Part shown: in pieces, positions 10,992 through 23,143 of the stretch
Numbering within the stretch: position 1 is the stretch's first letter
Layout of the letters: each line of letters starts with the position of its first letter
Source of the DNA: Atractiella rhizophila
Taxonomy: Eukaryota
Reading direction: 5' to 3'
NCBI GenBank assembly: GCA_021432655.1
Contig: MU271407.1
Coordinates: 1 to 64,000, forward strand
DNA: 64,000 bases
Translations under genes and position numbers: made by a program
The notes under the pieces: generated by a model
Database searches by the model: none
Seen by the model: the letters and a program-made list of their open reading frames with translations, nothing else
Told to the model about the DNA's origin: nothing

Positions 10992-13900
10992 ATGGCTAGA
11001 AGTTACGCAGACTCAAATAACCTCCCAGTGGGCCTACAGGAATCTGGTCCTGTCGATTGGAAAAAGCAGGCCTATGTGAGTCCTCTCTCCTGCACGTACC
11101 ATCCAAGGGTTGTGGAAGCGCTTCGTTTGTTATTTATGCCCAGAGCATGGCTGCTACTTTCTTGCCGTAGCTTTGCTTTGGAAAGAGCGTCGAGTTCAAT
11201 GACGACTGCTGCCGACATCATGCGTGTCGTGTCTTCTCTTTGGAGATAGTTCAGATTGTAGAAAGACTTGGTTCACCTCCAGTGGGACGTATTATCTCAG
11301 CAACGGTGGAGGTCTCCACGAAATTACGAAATTGCAGAATTCGAACCGCTCCCCACTTGCTCCTCCTCTCCCCGTATCTTCCAGGCGCCAAGCCACAGAT
11401 TCGAATTCACCGTGCATTGCGGTTTTGCCAGCGAGTCTTTTGCTCGGAAGTTTGCAGAGCCGAGGAGCTCTGCAGAACCACCACATACTGCCTGCGCGAG
11501 ACGAAGACTAACTCACACGTACTGTTGACAGGAAGTCCCGGGGACAAAGAAGCCTGGCCAAACTGGTATTTGGCGGAACGCGTACTGGTTCGTCTTTCCT
11601 CTCCAACTCCACCCAACGTCTACTAAAATTAAGATGACGACAGGAAGGATGTCTTGGACATCAACTCGAATTCCAAGTTTCCCAAGACGCTCTATGAGAG
11701 CTTTCAGCGCGGTCAGTCCTTTCTCTTCTCACATTATTCGCACGCTGAAACTTATACATGTAGGCCTCTCCCTCTCTACCGACAGACCGTGTTTCGGGAT
11801 CCGACCGATTGATCCCAAGACTGGTGATTTTGCGAAATATTACACCTGGCAAACCTACGCCGAGGGTACGCGCTCCCTCCATTTCTCCCTCATTCCCAAC
11901 TAAGGCACTTCGGGTGGCCCAGTCGCGAAACGGATAACGCACGTCGGATCTGGGCTCGTTCACCTTGGGAACGAATTCGGGATCGCGCCTAGGGACTCAG
12001 AGGGCAACGGATGGAGGGTCGGGATGTGGGCCCACAACAGGTGCGTCTCGCTCGTTTGTGCGAGGTGGCATTGACGACGAGATGGTAGGCCGGAGTGGCA
12101 GATTGTGTCGAAGGGACTTCAGTCGTACTCCCTCGTCCTTGTCTCCGTATACGACACTCTGGGAGAGGGAACGTGAGTCGTCTTTTTCTCCCTTCTGATA
12201 CGTCTACATGTAGGCTGATAATTCCGTTTTCAGCGTAGAGTATTGTATAAATCATGCTGATATACAAGTCATATTCGCCAATCCGGCGCACATGCCTTCC
12301 ATCCTTTCGCTGAAGAAGGAAGGAAAGATCCCTGGCTTGAAGGCACTCATCTGTACCGAACCATTGTCCGGTGTTCCTGAGCCAGCGACCAAAGCTGTAT
12401 GTGCCATTCTGGTTGATGTGTAAATTCTGAAGGTGAGGGACAGGTCGGAGCCATGAGACGAGGAGACATGTTGAAGGAATGGGGAAGACAGGTGGGGCTC
12501 AAGGTGTTGGGCTTCGACGAAAGTGCGTAGTCTTCCGCTTCTTACTTCTGAGGAGACAAACTGACTCGGAGGCGTCACCAGTCGAAGCTTTAGGCGCCGC
12601 CAATCCCTTTCCTCACATCCCTCCGAAGCCAGAAGATATGGTCTCCATCTGCTACACGTCAGGAACGACCGGTAACCCGAAAGGTGCAATCCTTACACAT
12701 GCCAGCGTCACCTCTGCAGTTCTTGGAAACCTCCAGTGTGTCATGCTTTTTGCGCAAGATGGATCATAACCTCACATTGTGTTGATTATAGCGGCGGCGT
12801 AAACACTGCCGAGGACGTTGCGCTCAGTTTCCTCCCTCTTTCCCACATCTACGAGCGGTTCATCGAGGAGGTCACAATGTGTGAGTCCCCCATCTTGCAT
12901 CCCTGTCCTGAATCTTCAGCTGAGGCAACACGCAGGTATTGGGTAACGCCATTGCTTTTGTTACCTGCCCAATCGTTGACGTCCTCCCTAGATGCCCGCT
13001 CGGTTTCGCATGTGGCGATACACTCCGGCTCGTCGAGGACATGCAGATCCTCCGCCCTACCGTTTTGGTCGGCGTACCTCGTATCTTGAACCGGTTGTAT
13101 CAAGCTGTCAAGGTGCGTGGCCTTCGATTGGATATTGCAGTCGCTGATTTGAGCACAGTCTCAAACCCTGGAAGCGCCGGGCGTCAAAGGTGAGCATCCC
13201 AAATAGAAATATCACGATGCTCAAGCGCGTACCAGGCAAACTCTTGAACCACGTTATCGACACCAAGATTCACAATCTGCGCACCTACAACACGGTGCAC
13301 CATGCAGTGTACGACCGCCTCATCCTCCGAAAGGTGAATTTTGTTTCTCATTGACTACTCCATCCTGATGTGAGCTGGCAGGTCCGGGCGGTCTTGGGTG
13401 GTCGCATTAGAATGATTGGGACAGGATCTGCGCCAGTCGCTCCCGAGGTTCTGGACTTCCTCAGGGTACGCCATCACCATTTCTGTGACTGGCTCAACTG
13501 ACGTGAAGTCTAGGTTGCGTTTTCCTGCGAAATCGTCGAGGGGTACGGTCAGACTGAATCGATGGGAACGACAACTCGCTGCTATCCAGGAGATTACCAT
13601 GCTGCTGGTTCGGTGAGTTTAGTTGTGTTGAGCCCAACTTGACATGTTCCTGACAATGCTGGATCTAGACGGGACCGCCTCAAGTTTGTTGTGAAGTCAA
13701 GTTGCTTGATGTCCCTGACGTTGGTCCCTCTTTCTCTAACGACTTGCCTCATTGACTTTGAGCCATTAGATGGGATACACAAGCGAAGACAAGCCTTTCC
13801 CTCGTGGCGAACTGCTCGTTCGCGGCCAGAACATTATGCCTGGGTACTTCTACTCAATACTTTGTAACTGAACACTGACTCTTTTCAGCTATTACCACGA

Positions 13901-14712
13901 CGAGAAGAACACCAAGTCTACGCTTGATGAAGAGGGATGGCTACACTCTGGTGATGTCGCGCTCATTGATGCTGTCGGCCGTGTGAAGGTGAGACATTGC
14001 TTATCAGCCTCCTATTGCTGACGTATTTCCCCCAAGATCATTGATAGGATCAAGAACCTTGTGAAGCTCTCTCAGGGAGAGTACGTCGCCCTCGAGAAGG
14101 TGCGTATCATCTGTCTGAGACGTACCGGTCTTGATATAAACGCTGGATGTAGATTGAAGGTGTCTACTCGATGTCCACCGTTATCGCCCAAATATACATT
14201 CATGGAGATGGCTTGCGAGACCACATCGTTGCCATCATTGTGCCAGATCCCGAAAAATTTGCAGGCAAGTCTCATGTGGCCATCTATGACTGGTCTAACT
14301 GGGTATGGCAGAACTTGTCTCTTCTGTTACCAAGACCAAAGTATCCCCAACGGACATCAATACTCTGTCATCAGCTTGCCGGAATCCTAAAGTCAGCTCA
14401 GCGCTTCTGAAGTCTTTAGATGCTATCGCCAACAAAGAGAAACTAAGAGGGTAGGTGCCTCCTGATGCCCCAGATTACAGTCTAATTATGAGCAGGTTCG
14501 AACGGGTTAAAGCCATTCACCTCACTCTCGAGCCCTTCACCATCGATAACGAGCTGCTAACACCAACGATGAAGGTGAAGCGGAACATTGCCGCCCAATA
14601 CTTTCGCAAACAGATCGATGAGCTTTGTGAGCAGTATTTTATCAGCCTAGTGGACACGCTAACCCATGTTGATGCAGATGCGAATGATGAGAAACCAAAA
14701 GCGAAGCTGTAA
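10992..14712 (+). CDS. Long-chain-fatty-acid--CoA ligase (ACSL/FAA2-like), likely peroxisomal
   Basis: AMP-binding motifs [27 protein letters not shown] and [21 protein letters not shown]. Many short introns. C-terminal -KPKAKL is a PTS1 signal. Confidence 0.93.
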
Positions 14713-15125
14713 AGGACAGTCAGCACTGTTATTGTGTTATACTTGGTTTCTTCAGCCTCTGCTAATTCCATAACCACGTTGCTATTGGGAACTACGAGGA
14801 GGTTGTTATGCTCTTCGGTCACAAATGCAACGTTCTTGTCTAGACGAGGAATAGCATAGTTTGATAGATAGGGGGACAAAGATCTACTTTCTATCTCTAC
14901 GTGATGCTTTCCAGTCTGCCCTTACCACCCCAACCAACAGTACAACAAGCTTATCTCCAACCAATCCAGTCTAAGTGAAATAACGTAAGGTCCAAGATGA
15001 TGGATGATCCGAGAGAGGAAAACGCCCGTAGTGAGCGCCGATTAATGGTCTGTATACTTTTCCGTAGCACACGAGAAGAGAGAGACGGTCAAGAAATTCG
15101 TGACAGCCGACCTTCGCTCTGGGCT

Positions 15126-16610
15126 CTAGGATGGCGCGACGGTGGATTCATACTGTCCGATGCTGTCGAGGATGTAATGGGGTACCGTCGAGCTCTTTTC
15201 TAAGTCCTCAGGGCGTGTAACGCCTGTCAACAATTCCGCCAGTTATCAGCACTCCATCTTCAACCTGACGTGATGGGGTTGGGATGGGGAGGGAGGACAG
15301 ACCGGAGAAGACGAGTAAAGTGGATATGCCACCTTGTAGGCCGAATTCGATGTCGGTGTCGAGGCGATCGCCGCACATGACGGTCTTGTTCGGTTCGAGG
15401 TGGTGCCTGTTTCGTATCGCAAGACAGATTAATACACACTCTCCTCAGGAATGGAGGGGAGAGAGATGAAGGGAGGAAAAGGCTTACTTCTCCAGAATGA
15501 CCCTCATCATAGGTTTATTCGGCTTGCCAACTACGATTGGCTCCTTATGTTTGACCGCATACCGGAGCGGAGCACTGAGTGATCCAGCGCCAGGATAGAG
15601 GGCATGTTCGTGGGGGAAGGTGGAGTCGTCGTTGCTTCATCCCACCACATCACCGCATGAGATTCTCACAATCACAGGACAAGGGAAGAAGGGACATCAT
15701 GGAAGAGAACATGATTAGGGAGGACGACATGATTAGGGAGGACGACATACGTGAGGACGAAGAGGCAGTCCTTGTTCTCCCTCAAATAGGTGAACGCCTT
15801 GGCGAGTTTCTTGTAGTTGAGACGCATGTCAAATCCGCAGACGACTGCTCCAATGGATGGGTCGGAGTGTATGGATGAGAAGTCCATGCTCGACAGGACT
15901 TCCGCCTCCTCCGGGTCCTGTTTTCCTTCTCTTGAACACAACGCAAATGACATAAAGGGAGAATATACTGAGCCGCCGCAGTGCTGGATACCCTCGCTGT
16001 CCAGCTCCTCTTCTAGCCCTTTCTCACCAATGACATACACCCGTTTGTCCATGGGGAAGTTTAGATCGTATTTGAGGTAGAACGCAGTGGCATATGCGCT
16101 CCCAAAGATCTCATCCTGCGATCCATATCCTCATCAGAGAGCGATATCAAAAGGGTTAGGAGGGAGTAAGGAAAGGAAGACGCACGGTGTGAACCTCCAA
16201 TCCAAACTTTTTGAATTTGGCCTTGTAGCCCTTCCTAGACTGGGTGGCATTGTTGGTGACGAAGATGACCTTCTTTCCCCTCTCCCTGAGTGTCTTGAGG
16301 AAAGATTCTGCTCCAGGAATCATTGTGTTTCCCCTCCATATCACTCCTGCACTACCTGATCAGCGACTGCACTCCGTTGCGGGAATGGATAAATACCATC
16401 GCAGTCGAAGAGCCAATTGTCGTACTTGTCAAGGAGAGCGTCAAAGTCTGCCTTGTCCTTCAACACCTTCGACTGTCGCTTCTTCGGGGATAAGGACGTG
16501 GACGAGGTGGTGAGGCAGGCGAGGGAATGGCGGATGGATGGGAAGAGCAGCGGGAGCGTTGGGAGGAGGAGTAGCGGGAGGAGGTACTGGCGGGAGGAGA
16601 GCGAGTCCAT
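15126..16610 (-). CDS. PHO13: HAD-IIA 4-nitrophenylphosphatase / phosphoglycolate phosphatase
   Basis: WLFDCDG(V)IW, VIFVTNNA, VGKPNK and MCGDRLDTDIEFG motifs across spliced exons. The start codon is uncertain. Confidence 0.9.
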
Positions 16611-17099
16611 TTGCGGCCACTATTGGAATTCTATGACAGGAGTACTGGCGCTTGGGATGGTTATAGGTATTATAAAGGTCAAGTGGAGTGGTTGGGGCTG
16701 GAACTTTGCAGGAGTGGGAAAGGAAAAAAAGATGCGCCAAAGAACGCCGACTGACACGTTGCACCGGTCCGACCTCCACCAGCGGCTTATTCTTATTCGA
16801 ATCGATCACAAGTGGGGGATTGCAAACTGCGATGCACCTGACGCGTTTAGGGAGCGGGCAGGGAACGACGAGGGTAGCCTGGTCGGGTGCTCAGAAAAGC
16901 TTCAAAGCATTGTTGCAAGCCGCGCCCGAAATCAGAATGGCAGGCAGCATGCAGCACGGTTCATCGCAAACTTGTTTTTTACGTTACGATTGAGACAGGA
17001 ACAGCCATATGGCGAAGAAAATTGTACACAATCACAATCAGATGTTGCAGAGTTGGAGATGAAATCATAAACTCTGTTCTTCGTATGTATTGGCCTTCC

Positions 17100-17265
17100 T
17101 CTTCTTCCATTTCGGTAGGGTCAATCCGTGAACGCAGGGATTTGGTAGTCCAGAAAGGATCTTTTCCTCCGTTTCCTAGCTCCAACCCCCTCTTGTCGTG
17201 ACCCAAAGCCTCTGGCGACCAGACGCACCCTCCCTTCAAGTAGGTGGTGTCCTCATCCATGAAGG
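17100..17265 (-). pseudogene. Degenerate copy of the 3' end of the HNH-like gene at 19474-20640
   Basis: DEDTTYLKGGCVWSPEALGHDKRGLELGNGGKDPFW aligns with DEDTAYLKYRGTSGGVWSPEALGQGMDKKRLREDEGKDPFW. Confidence 0.65.
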
Positions 17266-17815
17266 ATAGACAAAGATCAAATTGCAATTTACGTAGAATG
17301 GTATCTGTTTCGGACACCATACCTCAAAGCTTAGCTATGATGGTACTCACTGACATCCAATCCACGTGTTTTTGCATTTAAAAACTCTGACCACTTAGCA
17401 CAGGAGTCAAATGTAATTTTATAAAGAATCAAGCTAAATTTTGTGTAGAAACGGAAATTACATTGCGGCATTTAGCCCACCAGTGATTTGTGCCATTGCA
17501 GTATTAGGTGTGAAGAAGAGCCAAGACGTTTTTAGGATTATGGCTCGATGGAACGGATCATATTACTTCCTGTTTACACTTCTCTTGATCAACACATTCC
17601 GTCCGTTTACCCTAGTAGCACAAAATTAGTTCAGTGAAGCTTGTGGCCATCCATGTTATAGTTGAGACAGACAAAGACTTCGGATCCATGAAGTCTGCAA
17701 AAATGATCGATGAATGCATGAAAGCATATAAAATGACCTTTTAATACATGGAGTATCTAGGAGAATATCCGTGGATCCATGAAGCCTAAAACAATGACTG
17801 TTAAATGCATAAACG

Positions 17816-17980
17816 TCTCAAGAATGACCGTTGAATGCATGGTCCATGGTCTCAAGAATGACCGTTGAATGCATAGTCTCAAGAATGACCGTTGAATGCA
17901 TAGTCTCAAGAATGACCGTTGAATGCATCTCAAGAATGACCGCTGAATGCGTAAACGTCTCAAGAATGACCGTTGAATGA
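17816..17980. repeat. Minisatellite: 6 copies of the 24-bp core TCTCAAGAATGACCGTTGAATGCA with 0-10-bp spacers
   Basis: Cores start at 17816, 17850, 17877, 17904, 17928 and 17958, with spacers of 10, 3, 3, 0 and 6 bp. A degenerate copy lies at ~17791. Confidence 0.95.
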
Positions 17981-19109
17981 ATAAAAGCATATAAAACGCG
18001 ATTTGATTCGTAAAATATTTAAGAGTTCCCGTCGGAGCAAGGACAGTCTCATCCACCAAAATGAGCGTTTCGTCCATATATTAGGCGAAGATATGTCCCA
18101 TCTACTACCCTCACTCCTGTGGATTTCAGCTTAACTTCTGTCCAGTGCGCAAAAACCTTTGATATGGAAGCGTTCCCAAACACAAACACTAGCCCATGGA
18201 GGATTGTCGTAAGTCTCTCCGTCGCTTCACTCCGAGTTATCACTTAGACCTCACTTTGTTCAGGGGCAGACGGAACAGGGATTCATTATTGAGCTACATG
18301 GAATATATTTCATTATTCCTGAAAACATGGTATTACCTCTCCTAGGAAGATTGCTCGCCCCTACGTTTTCCCCTTTCATCTTGCTTTGAGGTAACGGCTA
18401 AAGTCTGCGACAAGGGGCCATTTAAAAACCCTTCTCAGTAGCAGAGGGTCGGCATAAGCTATCGACTCCTGTTGACATCATGACCCAATGGTAATAGCAT
18501 CTCAAAGTTTTGTCACAGCGCGTAACACGTCTCCGTTCAATCTCAAGATATAAATCAACACTCCTAGTACCATTCCCACAACGCTCAGACCAGAGCACTC
18601 GGGATACTTTTGATCTCTTCATTCCCTTGGCTCCTCAATCTGCGTGACGATAACGGTCGGACGGTAGGTCATATTTTCCCGGCTTCGCCGTGAGACCAAA
18701 TAAGAACGTTGGTCTCACACTCTCAGGGCAGTTCTCTTTAGTAATGGAGCGTTGAATAATAAGAGACGAAAGCAAAAGTAAGTTTAAGCACACACCAAGT
18801 GTGATGAAAGTAGGAACGGTAAATGGCCCGTCACCTCATCACTGTTCAGACCCAGTCTTGATGCAGTTTTTGATGGAGTGACATTTTTTGAGACTGTTCG
18901 GAGCGCCCTTCGCTGTGTTTTTTTTTAGGAGAGGATCCTTATTTTTTCCATCCTTTAGGCTGCAATGCTCTTGTTTTTCGCAACCCCACTGGCAGAAATA
19001 ATGATACCGATAACACTATTCATCCCGTTGACATGCTATATAGTTACTGCTGCTCATGCGAAATGAATTGAGAATCCTGTATCGGTCCGCCTCGAAACAT
19101 AATTTCGAA

Positions 19110-19240
19110 CGTGCTACCAAAGATTGACGACTCCAAAAAGGGATCCTTTCCTTCGTCCTCTCCAACTTTAGTATCTCTTTATTGCCCTGCTCCAAAGCCT
19201 CCGATGACCGTATGCCGCCTTCCGTCTCCCTGTCCTTCAT
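19110..19240 (-). pseudogene. Second degenerate copy of the HNH-like gene 3' end
   Basis: EGGIRSSEALEQGNKEILKLERTKERIPFW resembles GGVWSPEALGQG...KDPFW. The nucleotide motifs CCAAAAAGGG and AAAGCCTCCG are shared. Confidence 0.5.
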
Positions 19241-19473
19241 CCAGCCAGCTCCATCCTTGATGCAAAAGTACGACTGAGGATGCTCAGAAATATGTACATT
19301 TCAATTATAAACTGTTCAGACAAGTGATGAATGTACAGTGATTGTTTACAGGTTTGACACTTTTGGCCATACTGGGCTGGGCTATGCTAGGTATTCCGAA
19401 GGGAATCAGATAAATCAAATGTGGCAGAATTGGGGGAAAAATTCTCCATAGAACCTTTGTTTCTGCTCTCAGT

Positions 19474-20640
19474 CTAAGGTTCTTGCACTCTGATATCGGT
19501 CAGGTCTCTCCATGCTAGCACGGATTGAGGAATCCAAAAAGGGTCTTTCCCTTCATCCTCTCGTAGCCTCTTCTTGTCCATACCTTGACCTAAAGCCTCC
19601 GGCGACCATACGCCTCCGCTCGTCCCTCTGTACTTCAGGTAGGCGGTGTCCTCGTCCGTGAAGGGTCGCTTCGGTTCTTCATCAGAATCCCACGTTGGGA
19701 GGGACTCCATCACCGGTGGAAGGATGAGTGTGCCATCTTTGCCTTTATAAGGAGCCCATTCCCACAAATGAATGAGACGGGGACAAATCTCGTGATACGC
19801 TAAAACTAGGGATGCTCCAGGTCCGACGGCTGGGATGGATGAAAGCCGAGGGTGATTTCCGTAGACGCAGAATGGAATCGAAATAGTCAAATTCATGCGG
19901 GTCCTAGCAGCTACAGGGTCGTCTGCTTCTACCCTCGGAGGGAAGTGATCAGGTTTGATGAAGATCTCTGGGACGGTGGGCAGTGCAGCAGAGTTGTCGC
20001 GTGGATTCCACAACAGTTGGTACATCTGCATTCGCTTCTGCCATATATTTTAGCTTGACGCTCAGTAGAAGAAAAAGGGACCAACAAAGTAGTATTTAGG
20101 CCGACCAGGATCGCCTTGCTCCAAGTGCAGTTTCCTCAGCCGGTACGACATCCACTCTTGCTCAAACCTCAATACCGCTCGGAGGTCCTCAAGGTCGGGC
20201 ATAAATGTCCAATACGCCTTGTCATAAGAACGATGTAGTGAAACACTTGCTGTGATAATTGCTATTAACGCCGATTCCTTGTTGCAAGAATCAATACGTA
20301 CCTGGGAAAATATTCTCTGGAACTTGAAGATCCCTATCCGAAGCTACAGTGGTACAATTTAACAGCCGTAACTCATGTCGTCCCATCATCTCGAGCTGAG
20401 GACATGAATCAGCAGCTCTCCCTAAAGAGAAATTTGTTGCACCAGTCCATTGATTCCAGGATAACCACTCCTTTCTGCAACTGCATGACAGTCCTCCACA
20501 TCGTCACTCGATCCACTTATAGGACACACTCTTCTCTCATAGACAGTGTCGAAAGCCCTCCGGAGCAAGCTGGTAGAGGCTCCGCTAGGAGGACTAGCAA
20601 TGGACAAGGTTTCTTCAGGGGTAGGAGCAGTAGCAGACAT
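19474..20640 (-). CDS. Fungal HNH-endonuclease-like protein (HNH_2-type), multi-exon
   Basis: RRVCPISGSSDDVEDCHAV ... PENIFP(A)SVSLHRSYDKAYWTFMP follows the C-x-I-[ST]-G...H...N...H-x2-[FY]-D pattern. Confidence 0.6.
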
Positions 20641-20886
20641 ATTCGTTCTAGACCTGAAAAAAGTAGATTGAAACCAACGCGCAGAACTTCACCTAACCAT
20701 AACGATAACCTCGACGTGCTATTAGCTACGGCAGTGAAGGTAGTAAATTCATTCTCTCAACATCTGCAACAAAAAGACATGTTGGTATTACTCATTAAGG
20801 TTCGGCCACTTTCCCATTTTCAGTATTCTTTCGTCATAAAGGACAAAGAACGCCACCAGAGACCCTCTCAATATTTCTAGGACACG

Positions 20887-22797
20887 ATGGGAGATGCTGG
20901 ATTGTCAGTTTTTTCTCTCAATCCGAGCAAAAGAAGAAATTTTGACGTGTTTTGAGGGCAGTTTCAAGGGGACCTCCATGGACCAGGTTCGTGCCATTTC
21001 CTTTGACAAGACAACTCATACGAATCTGAATGCCTCAACTACAGGATGTCCGTTTTACGGACAAGGAAAAGAAGCTGCTGAAGAGCATGAAGTTTCCACC
21101 TTCTTTCGAGAAAAAGGTGCGCTTCTACCCAAGTTGACGAGATAGGAGGATGGAGCGTTTGGTGGGCGAAAGGTCGATATGCGCAAGGTCGAAGTGTCCG
21201 TCATGAAGCCTTGGGTGACCAAGAAGGTCTCAGAGCTGCTGGGATTCGAAGATGAGGTCGTCGCGGAGTACGTCAATGGCATATTAGAGGATACGGAGAA
21301 TCCAGTGAGTGCTTTGTCTTTTCGACGTACGGGGCGGCATCTAGAGCTTGGATGATTGTTTTTCTCTTCTAACTATCTCAAGCCGCCAGTTGGGTCGCGT
21401 TCTGTTGCTGATACCGTCATTCCACCTAGATTTAACGCGAGTATGCCACAGACATGTCCCTCATCGCAGTCAAGTTGTGAGGCGCTTATTGCATCCTTTT
21501 GCTCTCCTTCTCTCCTTACTTTTCTTTTACTCACTCTTAGTGGCGCAGAATGAACAATACTGATTCCTCTCCGTGCTTTCTTTCAGATCGTCGACCCAAA
21601 GAAGATGCAGATCAACCTCACCGGTTTCCTCGAATCCAAAACCTCCGCCTTCATGTCTGAACTCTGGCAGCTCCTCCTCTCCGCCCAAGAGTCGCCACTC
21701 AAGGTTCCAGCTCAATTCATAGAAGAGAAGAAGGAGGAGATGAGGAAGAGGAAGGAGATGGAGGAGCGGAAAGCACGCGTTCTGGAACAGCGTGCCAAAG
21801 CTGGACATCCCGTGCGTATTCCCACATCATCCACTCACCGCTGGGAGATTTCGCTGACTGCTTGCCAATTGCGAAGGTCCCTCCGAAGCCTGAACCCGCT
21901 CTTGTTGATCAAGACGTCAGACGTTCTCCGCCCCCTCACCCCCGCGACAGGGAACGTCATGCTCCACGACGGTCTCCTCCTCCGCGAGAAAGAGAAAGGG
22001 ACAGGGACAGGGACAGAGGCTATGGAGATCGTCGTCGGTCACGTTCTCCACCTCGAAGACGTCGCACTCCCTCCCCGCCTCCCAGGCGGAGGCGTCCACC
22101 GCCAAGAGGGAGATCTCGATCCTACAGTCCGATGGATAGGGACAGATCGTCTTCGAGGGAAAGACCTAGAGGGAGGGATAGATCAAAGACTCCAGTTGGG
22201 AGGAGGGGTGACACGGATGACTCGCGCAGCAGGAGCAGGAGCAGGTCACCTCCCAGGAGACGAGAGGTGGGAAGAAGCAGGAGGGATGGTGGAAGAGGTA
22301 GGAGTCGGAGCAGGAGCAGGAGCAGAGATAGAAGGCGGGCACAAGAACGACGAAGGAGCAGGAGCAGGAGCAGAAACAGGAGCGTGGAGCCGCCAAGGAA
22401 GAGAGTCAGAACGAGGAGCAGGAGTCCAAGTCGCGATGCACGGCGGACGAAGAAGTCTCCCGACGGAGACGAGAGCATGAGGAGCCCATCTGCTTCCCCT
22501 AGATCCCCGGCCAGAAACGAGCGAGGAGCTAGGAGGAGTGAAGAGTATTCTCCCCGATCTCCCGTAGATGAGAAGAACAAGGAAGTCAGTAAACCGAAGG
22601 ATAAGCTGGAGGGGTCGAGATGGGCTAAGGAAGATGACGATGAGGAGATGGATGATCGCGAAAAAGTTCGTTCCCCTCTCATCAGTCCGAATTGACAAAC
22701 TAAGAGCAGATAGAATCATCGACGAGAAAGTGAGCTCAAAGAAGGTTTGTTGAAGGAAAAGGTGAAGAGGTCGAGAAAGAGTAAGGGGGAAAGCTGA
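20887..22797 (+). CDS. SRRM1: PWI-domain Ser/Arg-repetitive splicing co-activator (SRm160/SRRM1-like)
   Basis: Spliced N-terminus MGDAGFFKGTSMDQDVRF...VMKPWVTKKVSELLGFEDEVV...DPKKMQINLTGFLE...FMSELWQLLLSAQ, followed by a long RS/RP-rich tail. Confidence 0.92.
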
Positions 22798-23143
22798 GTG
22801 TTGCTCGGTCTTCTGTTAGCATTCGTCTCACATAATTTGAAAGTTCTTTGTATCCAGTCACCTAATCAGAGCCAATGGGTTGGAAATGGATTGGTCATTA
22901 TTTCATTCCCTCTCGTAACCTGACCCATACACTCCATCCTAAAGAGAATCTGAACGCCAGCGAGTCCCCAAGTAGAAAAGATACGATGACAAGAAAGGAA
23001 ACGTTCATATCAGAAAGCGGGGGGAGAGAACAGTTGCAAGAACAGATGGAATCGTTATTATGTGATTTGAGTATTGGATTGTGGAGGTAAATGGATAAAT
23101 TATCCCCTCATTTCGTCTGGTTTGATGGAGAAGCGACCTTCTT

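Noticed and set aside
15709..15748. 18-bp tandem repeat CATGATTAGGGAGGACGA in a PHO13 intron, containing TTAGGG
   Set aside because: Only two copies, consistent with simple slippage; not a telomeric array.
17816..17980. CRISPR array
   Set aside because: Spacers are only 0-10 bp and partly identical, there are no cas genes, and the context is eukaryotic.
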